From: Bacillales bacterium
GTDB lineage: Bacteria; Bacillota_I; Bacilli_A; RF39; UBA660
Length of the DNA stretch: 63,441 nucleotides
Assembly: GCA_016288635.1 (NCBI GenBank)
Contig: JAEEKZ010000027.1
Location: 1 to 63,441, forward strand
Direction: 5' to 3'
This document shows, one piece after another, positions 1 to 7,546 of this stretch. The position numbers were made by a program, and so were the translations under genes. Numbering within the stretch: the stretch's first letter is position 1; each line of letters opens with the position of its first letter. The notes below the pieces were generated by a model. That model ran no database searches. It was not told the origin of the DNA and saw nothing but the letters and a program-made list of their open reading frames with translations.

Positions 1-414
1 ACCTGCATTAGTAGTTTCTAATTTTTTAAATATATTGTAGAGACTATCAATTGTTTCGGCATCATTATATGTAGTAAATAATACATCTTCATCTTCATTT
101 TTATTTTTTACTGAAACTTTAATTATTTCATTTCTATTTAGTAGATTTAGTTTCTGTGGTTCTGTAAATGGATGATTATCTATTTTACCTGCAATGCGTA
201 TGCCAAGTATTTTTAATTCCCAGCCATCTTTATATCCTGTTGAAGAATCCATACTAATTCTATGAATTTTAGTATATTGATACAGCAAGGAATTATACTC
301 GATTGATCCACCATCATTTAACCATGTTTTAAGTGGAAATAGTAATATAACTGAAACGATAATTATTCCGATAATAATTATTATTTTTTTCTTGTTTTTT
401 AAAAAATTTATAAT
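1..414 (-). CDS. Hypothetical N-terminally membrane-anchored protein. The 3' end is cut by the window edge; the start is probably non-canonical (ATT 414-412 or ATA 411-409).
   Basis: The minus-strand frame is open from 414 to nt 1 (138 codons): ..NFLKNKKKIIIIIGIIIVSVILLFPLKTWLNDGGSIEYNSLLYQ.. There is a GAAAGAGG SD at about 422-429 and an in-frame TAA at 415-417. No ATG/GTG/TTG occurs before the TM helix. Confidence 0.45.
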   Translation of the reverse strand, partial: MINFLKNKKKIIIIIGIIIVSVILLFPLKTWLNDGGSIEYNSLLYQYTKIHRISMDSSTGYKDGWELKILGIRIAGKIDNHPFTEPQKLNLLNRNEIIKVSVKNKNEDEDVLFTTYNDAETIDSLYNIFKKLETTNAG

Positions 415-429
415 TTATTTACCTCTTTC

Positions 430-2484
430 TTAACGATGACTTCCTTCTCGATTAAAATCATTGTTTTGCTTTGCTATTATATCCTTTATTTTCATGCCAT
501 TATAGGTTGAATTATCATTATATATAGCACCACTAAAGTTTGGCATTAAACCCATTGATTTAACACCACTATCACTAAATTTTGTATTACATATATTAAC
601 ACCAATGAATGATGCCATTGGATCAAAATGGACATTTTCAAAGATGCAATTTGATAAATCTTTATTATAAACTCTTGTAGGAATTATTCCATTTAAATTG
701 CAATTACTAAAATCAATTCCGCTCATTTTAACATTTATAAATGATTCTCCGTTGAAATCAACAAACTTTAACCAGCCTAATTTTACTATAATTGGCATTA
801 TTTCTCTATGATCACCAACATCTTTTATAGCATTTCCTATTCTTACTCTTTCAATAGTTCCTTCTTCTTCGTATATTCTTTCTAATTCTTCAAATTTTTC
901 TTGGATAATAGCTAAAGCGTTTTCTATACTATTTTTTCTTTCTTTTTCTCTTATTCTCTTTTGATGTTCCAAAAGAGCTAATTTTGTTTCTATTTCTCTT
1001 TGTTGCTGGTCTGATTCGCTTTTCTTTTTTCTTTCCTTTTTTTCTTTATCTCTTTTAGAAAATTCTCCTTTTTCTAGAAATTCTTCTCTAGAAAGTAAAG
1101 CTACACCTTCGGTTACATATATTTCTTTTTTGTCTTTTAAGTGCTCATAATAGTAATCTGTTGCATCTAATTTTTGATTTCTATAAAATAACGATACAGT
1201 ATTATTTCGATGATCAATAATAAAGTTTTCATCGTATTCTATTACTTCAATACTTCCTATATCTTTATATTTTTTACTTTCTTCATCATATAAAACGATA
1301 TTCTTTCCACTTTTATTTATACATAATACATATCTTGTACCATATACCATTAGTGGTTCAAACTTTACTTCAAATTCTTTATCATTTTTTTTGAAAGTAT
1401 ATCCTCTTCTAGTTGTTTTAACATTATTATCTCTTAAGAAGGTATTTATGTTATAAACCTTGCCATTAAGTTTATAAGCATTATTAGATATTATTTCAAT
1501 TTTTGATTTATCGTTTAACCATTCATCTAGAACCATTTCACCTTTGGTGTTTACTATTCCTTTTTGATGATTTCTTTCTACAATGGCTAAACCATATTTG
1601 AATGATTCAGCATCATTAAATGGTTCTTTACATATCAATTTGCCTTTTTGATTAATATAGTTATATCCTTCTTCTGTTTTAACAAGTCCTAATCCATTAC
1701 TAAAATCATTGCATTCAAGGAATTTAGTATCACTAATTGGAATCCCACTGTGATCGACATAATTATATTTGTGCCCCATTTTTACAACGGCACATCCATC
1801 ATGAAAATCTCTGGCTGAAATATAATCATATCCTGCGTATGGAATAAAATTTCCGTTTTTATCAATGAATGTTACATATCCGCCCTTTTCTACTGTTGCT
1901 AGGCCCTCATGGAAATCACCAGCATATTTAAGGTTTTTCTTACATAACTTATTTCCTTTGGTATCAATAAAATTATAAGTATAATCAGGATACTGTACTC
2001 TTGCTAGGCCTTCATGAAAATCCCAAGCATTTTCAAATCGTAAATCTTCTAAGATATCGCCATTTTTATCAATAAAGTAATGAAATGAGCCATTGCTTAC
2101 GTGAGCATATCCATCATGAAAATCCCCAGCATAAACAAAGCCTCCACTGCTAAGAAGATTTCCTTCTATGTCTATAAAATTATACGAATAATAACTATCT
2201 ATACCCCAACCACGCTTATAATATATTCTTGCTAATCCATCTTTAAATTCTTCAATTTTAGGAGAATCAAGTATTATTTCTTTTTTACTAACTTTCTTTC
2301 CTTCTGAATCAACAATATAATATTTGTTGTTTGATCCAAATTTTTCAACTAATCTATACCCTTTTTTATTACGTATTTCGCGGTGAGTATTTATGGTTTT
2401 TTGACTATAACTTTTCTTTTCAAATATTAAAGCTAATTTCTCGTTTAGATATTCTTGATATAATTGTTCTATTTGAGAATCCAT
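430..2484 (-). CDS. Cytoplasmic WG-repeat (WG_beta_rep/KWG-like) protein with a central coiled coil and C-terminal pentapeptide repeats
   Basis: 684-aa ORF. It has about 8 tandem units of the pattern xDFheGlAxV..g.YxFIDkxG (FHDGYAHV, FHEGLARV, FHEGLATV, FHDGCAVV, FKYGLAIV). There is a K/E-rich coiled coil. The C-terminus carries A(D/N)LxX-type repeats (NVKMSGIDFSNCNLNG..DLSNCIFENVHF). No signal peptide. Confidence 0.75.
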   Translation of the reverse strand: MDSQIEQLYQEYLNEKLALIFEKKSYSQKTINTHREIRNKKGYRLVEKFGSNNKYYIVDSEGKKVSKKEIILDSPKIEEFKDGLARIYYKRGWGIDSYYSYNFIDIEGNLLSSGGFVYAGDFHDGYAHVSNGSFHYFIDKNGDILEDLRFENAWDFHEGLARVQYPDYTYNFIDTKGNKLCKKNLKYAGDFHEGLATVEKGGYVTFIDKNGNFIPYAGYDYISARDFHDGCAVVKMGHKYNYVDHSGIPISDTKFLECNDFSNGLGLVKTEEGYNYINQKGKLICKEPFNDAESFKYGLAIVERNHQKGIVNTKGEMVLDEWLNDKSKIEIISNNAYKLNGKVYNINTFLRDNNVKTTRRGYTFKKNDKEFEVKFEPLMVYGTRYVLCINKSGKNIVLYDEESKKYKDIGSIEVIEYDENFIIDHRNNTVSLFYRNQKLDATDYYYEHLKDKKEIYVTEGVALLSREEFLEKGEFSKRDKEKKERKKKSESDQQQREIETKLALLEHQKRIREKERKNSIENALAIIQEKFEELERIYEEEGTIERVRIGNAIKDVGDHREIMPIIVKLGWLKFVDFNGESFINVKMSGIDFSNCNLNGIIPTRVYNKDLSNCIFENVHFDPMASFIGVNICNTKFSDSGVKSMGLMPNFSGAIYNDNSTYNGMKIKDIIAKQNNDFNREGSHR

Positions 2485-2542
2485 AAACTCACCTCTATTC
2501 TAATAATAATTATATCAAATTAGAAAGCATTTTTCGACAAAT

Positions 2543-2568
2543 AAAAAGAGAATAGACATTCTCTTTTT
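2543..2568 (-). terminator. Rho-independent terminator of the 2577-4334 gene
   Basis: AAAGAGAAT-GTCT-ATTCTCTTT followed by a T run, read on the minus strand. Confidence 0.75.
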
Positions 2569-2576
2569 GTAAACTT

Positions 2577-4334
2577 TTAACGCTGAGTGTGCTCTTCTTC
2601 TATTTGTGGTTCTTGTTCTGCTCTTTCTAGTCCCTCTAATATTATTCTTAAAGATATTCCTTCAAAGGTTGTATTATCATCATAAATAGCATCTTTAAGG
2701 CTATATGGGCTAAATTCAAGTGTTGTATCATTATTATCCCTTCCGAATCTTGCGCCCTTTATATTTACCCCTTTAAAGTTTTTAAAAGGATATATAGCTA
2801 CACCTTCAAAATTGCATCCACTTAAGTCTTTTTCATATACTTCTTGAGGATTAAAGTTTTCTAAATTATTGCCTCTAAAGTCAACTCCAGCAACTTTTAC
2901 TCCTCTAAAGTCTATTTTATCACTTAAACCTACACCATTAAAAATACATCCTCTTAAATCTTTATCGTACACTTCTTGAGGGTTTAAATTTTGAATATTG
3001 CATCCTGTAAAATCAACTCCGGCAACTTTAACGTTCTTAAGATTTACTTTTTCATTATTGAAATTTATAAATTTAAGCATGCCTCTTGCTTCTTTTGGTA
3101 TTTCATAATATTCGTTTCCATTTTCATCAACTGTTTTTACTAATGGAAGAGGAATATCTCTTTTTGGTATTTCTTCTCCATTAGTCAGTTTAATTATTTT
3201 ATCAACAATAGTTTTTAATTCATCAAAGCATTGATCTAGTTCTTTATTTTTAACTTCCTCATTTTCATGAATTCTTTTTTCTAATTCTTTTAAATTGTTT
3301 GGAGTTTTATTCCTAATTTGTTCTGCTTTTATTTCGTTATGTTCACTTTCTAATTGTCTTAAAAAATTAAATGGATCTTTTTTATATTGCTTCTTAAAAT
3401 CTTCGTATGACATAATAGGAATATTGATAGCACTTCTTGTCATGTGATATCTATGCATTAGATGTTTTTTATAAAAGTTTGTAATATCAATTCTTCTATT
3501 ACCATGAAAATAATATATAGTTTGTGCGTAACCATCGTAAAGAAAATCATTATCGTAAGCAAGTTCCCACCAAGCTCCACCGATTTTGCCACCTACATAA
3601 GATTTTTTTTCAAGGTTATATAAATAAAATGCAATCGATTCCTCGCTATATACCAAAGCATATTTTGTTCCGAACTTTCTAACAAATATACAAGGCCCTT
3701 TATAGTCTTTATATTCTCCTTTTGCTTTGTCTTTGTGTTCTTTATGAGTATGATGCCCATTGTTTCTTATAAAATTGGCATTGATAGTTTTTTTAATTCC
3801 TTTTTTAGTTACAATAAATCTATCTTTAATAACGTCGTCTCTTTTAATATAATCATACCATTCGTCAAATATCAAATGTCCATAGTGATTAATAGCGTTA
3901 TACTTACCATTTTTTTCCACTATTGCATATCCCCAACAAAAACGATTAATTCGATCATATGGACATGGTTTTATCCATTTTATTTCATTATTTTCGTCTA
4001 CTATAAATGTTCCTAAAAGTGAATTACCTTCGTAATCCATAAAATCAAAATGGGTTCTTCCATCTCCGATAAGTTGAAAGCCTTCTTCTCCGTCTTCGTT
4101 GTTATATAAACTGTGGCTATTATTATTTATTATTTCCTCAAATTTAGAGTCTTTAGGTATTATTTTTGCCCTGTCAAAATATGAAAAGCCTAAGTCTTTG
4201 TAATTTATTTCCCTAATCATTGGAGTTAAAGCATTATAAAAAGATGTACCTTCTCCACTATTGAAGATAAGATTTAATCTGTCTTCTACATAATATTGGT
4301 ATGCTTCTTCAATTGTACTTTCTATGATATTCAT
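2577..4334 (-). CDS. Paralogue of the 430-2484 gene: WG-repeat / coiled-coil / pentapeptide-repeat protein
   Basis: 585-aa ORF with an AGGAG SD. It shares an N-terminal helix with its neighbour (IEEAYQYYVEDRLNLIF vs IEQLYQEYLNEKLALIF). It has a WG unit (CWGYAIVEKNGKYNAINHYG) and a long pentapeptide tract (NVKVAGVDFTGCNIQNLNPQEVYDKDLRGCIFNGV..VKVAGVDFRGNNLENFNPQEVYEKDLSGCNFEGV). Confidence 0.75.
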   Translation of the reverse strand: MNIIESTIEEAYQYYVEDRLNLIFNSGEGTSFYNALTPMIREINYKDLGFSYFDRAKIIPKDSKFEEIINNNSHSLYNNEDGEEGFQLIGDGRTHFDFMDYEGNSLLGTFIVDENNEIKWIKPCPYDRINRFCWGYAIVEKNGKYNAINHYGHLIFDEWYDYIKRDDVIKDRFIVTKKGIKKTINANFIRNNGHHTHKEHKDKAKGEYKDYKGPCIFVRKFGTKYALVYSEESIAFYLYNLEKKSYVGGKIGGAWWELAYDNDFLYDGYAQTIYYFHGNRRIDITNFYKKHLMHRYHMTRSAINIPIMSYEDFKKQYKKDPFNFLRQLESEHNEIKAEQIRNKTPNNLKELEKRIHENEEVKNKELDQCFDELKTIVDKIIKLTNGEEIPKRDIPLPLVKTVDENGNEYYEIPKEARGMLKFINFNNEKVNLKNVKVAGVDFTGCNIQNLNPQEVYDKDLRGCIFNGVGLSDKIDFRGVKVAGVDFRGNNLENFNPQEVYEKDLSGCNFEGVAIYPFKNFKGVNIKGARFGRDNNDTTLEFSPYSLKDAIYDDNTTFEGISLRIILEGLERAEQEPQIEEEHTQR

Positions 4335-4398
4335 ATGCTTACTCCTACTATAATTAAGTATATCATATTATTAAAAATATTAATATACGAACATTTAT

Positions 4399-4427
4399 TT
4401 GACTTTTCTTGGAATATATGATATAAT
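4399..4427 (+). promoter_or_regulatory. Sigma-A-type promoter of the small plus-strand gene
   Basis: TTGACT-17 nt-TATAAT, about 25 nt upstream of the SD/ATG at 4453. Confidence 0.55.
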
Positions 4428-4452
4428 TAAATTAGTTATGGGGGTTGATAAT

Positions 4453-4623
4453 ATGATGTATTTGGAAGACACTCTTCATCATTCTGCTTATAATTTGAAA
4501 AGCGAAAGACTAACAAAGGTTAATAGTGATTTAAAAAAAGTTATTGAAAATAGACAAAAATTAATAGAAGAAATTAAAAGTAGAATGGGATATCGAAAAA
4601 AAAGAGTTAGAAGACATAGATAA
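4453..4623 (+). CDS. Small basic coiled-coil protein (56 aa), function unknown
   Basis: ATG at 4453 follows a GGGGGT SD and a TTGACT-17-TATAAT promoter. The sequence is MMYLEDTLHHS..RMGYRKKRVRRHR. A hairpin terminator follows. The 4399 start in the ORF track lies inside the promoter. Confidence 0.45.
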   Translation: MMYLEDTLHHSAYNLKSERLTKVNSDLKKVIENRQKLIEEIKSRMGYRKKRVRRHR

Positions 4624-4649
4624 AAAAAGAAGCATTATGCTTCTTTTTT
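4624..4649. terminator. Bidirectional terminator between convergent genes
   Basis: AAAAAAAGAAGC-ATTAT-GCTTCTTTTTT: the stem is flanked by an A run and a T run. Confidence 0.75.
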
Positions 4650-5526
4650 ATTTATCCTCTTTATTATCAAACTCTTTTTTATGTTCTTTAAAGAAATTAT
4701 AATAAACTAATACATTAGGTAATTCAGTCCATTTTTTAGTTTTAACTGGTAATTCATCTAAGTCATATATTTTGGCATCGTATAAATTAAGTAAGAATGG
4801 TGAGTGAGTAGATATAATAAATTGGCAGTTATAAAATCTTACTGACTCTTCAATAAATTTCTTTAACTTCATTTGGTTTTCTGCAGATAAACTATTTTCT
4901 GGTTCATCTAGAATATATATACTATTTTCTTTTATTTCTCTTTCCCAGAACATAAGTGCAGATTCTCCATTAGACCATTCTGTTATATTATTATTTGCTA
5001 ATCTTTCTCTAACAAATTTAGACATAGATTTAGTTTGAGCTGCATATGTCATTTTTAATTCATCATATTGATCAAATGGTACTTCATCTCTATTAAATTT
5101 ATGTGCTAAATAAGTTTTACTTAATCTTTCTTTTTCTCTATTAACATTAGCATTTATAGAACGTATATCTAGTAGATAATCAAATACATCATCACTTGTT
5201 ATTAGTTTTATTTCCATGGGTGGTTCAAAAGCCATTTCATAGTTACAATGACTTACATATAAGTCAAACATTCTTCCTTTACTTAATGGAGATCTTCTTG
5301 CTGCATCTAGTTTTTCTGCAATCATATTAACTAATGTAGTTTTTCCTGAACCATTTCCACCATAAAATATGGTTATTTTATCAAAATCTATTTCTTTAAA
5401 TTCTTTTTGAGAAAACAAGTGTAATGGATAATAGTTATTGTTATATATTTGTCTTGTTTCTTCATAATAAAGAATATCGTGTTCTTGTCTTTCGCTTAGT
5501 AATGAAAAGTTTTTTAAATATACCAT
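4648..5526 (-). CDS. Stand-alone ABC-type (AAA_21-like) ATPase
   Basis: Walker A is GGNGSGKTT. The signature-like motif is SNGES. Walker B is IYILDEPENSLS. The H-loop is STHSP. There is no TM domain and no fused effector domain. The gene is monocistronic between two terminators. Confidence 0.7.
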   Translation of the reverse strand: MVYLKNFSLLSERQEHDILYYEETRQIYNNNYYPLHLFSQKEFKEIDFDKITIFYGGNGSGKTTLVNMIAEKLDAARRSPLSKGRMFDLYVSHCNYEMAFEPPMEIKLITSDDVFDYLLDIRSINANVNREKERLSKTYLAHKFNRDEVPFDQYDELKMTYAAQTKSMSKFVRERLANNNITEWSNGESALMFWEREIKENSIYILDEPENSLSAENQMKLKKFIEESVRFYNCQFIISTHSPFLLNLYDAKIYDLDELPVKTKKWTELPNVLVYYNFFKEHKKEFDNKEDK

Positions 5527-5570
5527 ATTTTTTCACCCACTTTAATTATACAATATAATTATTAATAATA

Positions 5571-5599
5571 AAAATAGTATGCTTATTGCATACTATTTT
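5571..5599 (-). terminator. Terminator of the 5583-7472 gene, overlapping its stop codon
   Basis: 12-bp stem AAAATAGTATGC / GCATACTATTTT with a 5-nt loop. Confidence 0.7.
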
Positions 5600-7472
5600 T
5601 ACTATAATATTGATCGGTTGAAACGTAATCAATTCCCTCTTCTTTATTACTTTCTCCAGTTTGAGGATTGTAAGTGTATTCATAATCTCCGGCATAGATT
5701 TCTATTCCGTCTTTATCTCCATGTGAAGATTCGACACCATGCGCCCACTCTGAATAATAAATTCCAGCATCTTTATCAATCTTTTCAAACTCATGAATTA
5801 CATTTTCTTGATTATCAATAATCTTTAACATTCTATCTTTGTCTATTGCGGCAATATAACCATCTTTAAGGATTAATAAATCGTCATATTTTTCACTTTC
5901 GTATACTACTTTTTCATTAATATTATATTCTACAAGCTTGTTATCTTTTACAACTAGCAGGTTATTATTTTTAGATGAAGTATAATTTTTTGCTAGTTTT
6001 CCTTTAAATATAGGTTTTCCATTCTTATTATAGAAGTAATCTCCATATATTCCTGATAAGTAATAAAAGTTTGTATTATCGAGCCTTTTTAATATTTTTG
6101 TTGTAGGAGACAAAGGATTTCCGTCATAATCATAGAATTTTTCTTCTTTAGTAAGATCATTATATGAAATAATATATCCCTCTTTAACAACAAGGCTTCG
6201 GCAGGCTGTCATTTCTGTTGTATATTTATTTTTCTTTAAGGAATAATATGCTGTTTCATAATGTCCATCAGATGGAGATTCCTCTTCGCACATTTCATTA
6301 TAGTATCCGTCGTGGACAATAAATCCTCTTATTTTGGAATCTGCAACTATTTCGAAGTTATATTCATCTCCACAAGCACCATAATCGGCATCATCTTCGC
6401 CGTCTTCCTCGTCATCTTCGTCATCGTCTTCATAATCATATTCGTCTTCACAAATATCTTTGTATCCTTTTATAAATTTTTCAAATTTTATAATTTTTTC
6501 TTCCCCAGTGACATAATTAAAAGCTACATAATCATCACCATCTTTTATTGCAATGAAGTTGCCACTATAGGTATCGGATTCCTCATAGCAATGATCTATA
6601 TTTTTACATTTATACTCACGCAATAATATTTCATCATCTTGTGGAGGATTTTCTATCATATCCCTATTATTCTTTACAGTTATATAATATGGTAAATCCG
6701 AATACGATGAATTTGATTCACCTTTATAAATATATAATGTATCAGTATCTATTCTCTTGGTAAAATTTGTTTTTATATTGTCATAGTTGAAATATTCCCC
6801 TCCTGTTGATTTTATAACAATATCCTTTGCTTCTACGAATAGGTTCTCTTCATTTGTATCATCAATAACTTTAAAATAATATCTAAGCTTACCGTTAGTT
6901 ACATTATCTTTATATCTTTTATCCCCTATAATTGATTTTTCGTTATTCGCGGGATTTTTTACATCCAATAATTCCAAACCCTGACCGTAATTCAATTCAA
7001 AGAAAACTGTATCAATTTCTGATGAATCTTCAGAATCCCCCCAAAAACTTGAATATAAATTACACATTATAGTGTCAGATTCTTTTACTCCTTGATATAT
7101 TGAATTAGAATTGTCATCTCGATCAAAATCACAATTTAATCCTAATTCTCGGTCTATATTCTGAGATAATTTAATATCTTTTGGTGGATAAAGACTATTA
7201 TCATCCTCATTTGATGGTATATCCGCCTGAGTATCTACTGGCTTAATATGTTTAGTTTCTTTATAACTACGTATTATTGGATATATTAGAACTAGAATTA
7301 ATACAATGACTAAAAAAAATAATATTATTTTGTCATTTTCTTTTCTTTTTTCAGATATAACTGATTCCTTAGTCGAACTATCTATTATTATTGGGGCTTC
7401 AGTTTCTTCTTTTAAAATAGGTTCTTTTGCTTCCTCATTAATATTAGTGTTTTCAGACTGCTTTTTATTCAT
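5583..7472 (-). CDS. Large membrane-anchored (N-in, single TM) hypothetical protein with an internal poly-acidic insert
   Basis: 629-aa ORF with a GAGGAG SD. The TM helix is IILFFLVIVLILVLIYPII. The D/E tract EDEYDYEDDDEDDEEDGEDDADY is encoded at about 6363-6452. It is a paralogue of the 7543-9981 gene. Confidence 0.7.
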   Translation of the reverse strand: MNKKQSENTNINEEAKEPILKEETEAPIIIDSSTKESVISEKRKENDKIILFFLVIVLILVLIYPIIRSYKETKHIKPVDTQADIPSNEDDNSLYPPKDIKLSQNIDRELGLNCDFDRDDNSNSIYQGVKESDTIMCNLYSSFWGDSEDSSEIDTVFFELNYGQGLELLDVKNPANNEKSIIGDKRYKDNVTNGKLRYYFKVIDDTNEENLFVEAKDIVIKSTGGEYFNYDNIKTNFTKRIDTDTLYIYKGESNSSYSDLPYYITVKNNRDMIENPPQDDEILLREYKCKNIDHCYEESDTYSGNFIAIKDGDDYVAFNYVTGEEKIIKFEKFIKGYKDICEDEYDYEDDDEDDEEDGEDDADYGACGDEYNFEIVADSKIRGFIVHDGYYNEMCEEESPSDGHYETAYYSLKKNKYTTEMTACRSLVVKEGYIISYNDLTKEEKFYDYDGNPLSPTTKILKRLDNTNFYYLSGIYGDYFYNKNGKPIFKGKLAKNYTSSKNNNLLVVKDNKLVEYNINEKVVYESEKYDDLLILKDGYIAAIDKDRMLKIIDNQENVIHEFEKIDKDAGIYYSEWAHGVESSHGDKDGIEIYAGDYEYTYNPQTGESNKEEGIDYVSTDQYYSKNSMQ

Positions 7473-7518
7473 ATATATTCTCCTCTATTATAATTACATT
7501 ATAAATCAAAATAACAAT

Positions 7519-7546
7519 AAAAAAAAGCATGTTTATACATGCTTAA
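7519..7546 (-). terminator. Terminator of the 7543-9981 gene
   Basis: AAGCATGT-TTAT-ACATGCTT followed by T8, read on the minus strand. Confidence 0.75.

Noticed and set aside
3735-4016. Plus-strand 93-aa ORF inside the 2577-4334 gene. The same applies to many similar ORFs in the track: 5579-5821, 6261-6626, 7306-7554, 7931-8140, 9746-9958, 10676-10885, 13089-13394, 16480-16914, 18849-19091, 19475-19783, 22584-22877, 22862-23080, 25172-25402, 27112-27297, 29179-29361, 30004-30210, 31961-32254.
   Set aside because: All lie antisense to long motif-bearing genes. They have no SD. They encode Phe/Ile/Leu/Ser-rich low-complexity peptides, which is what the reverse complement of AT-rich Lys/Asn/Glu-rich coding sequence produces. 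They are shadow ORFs.
4648-5526. Orphan ABC-type ATPase considered as a PARIS, Gabija or Septu defence system
   Set aside because: Those systems need an adjacent or fused TOPRIM/DUF4435, helicase or HNH partner. None is present within several kb, so I make no defence-system call.
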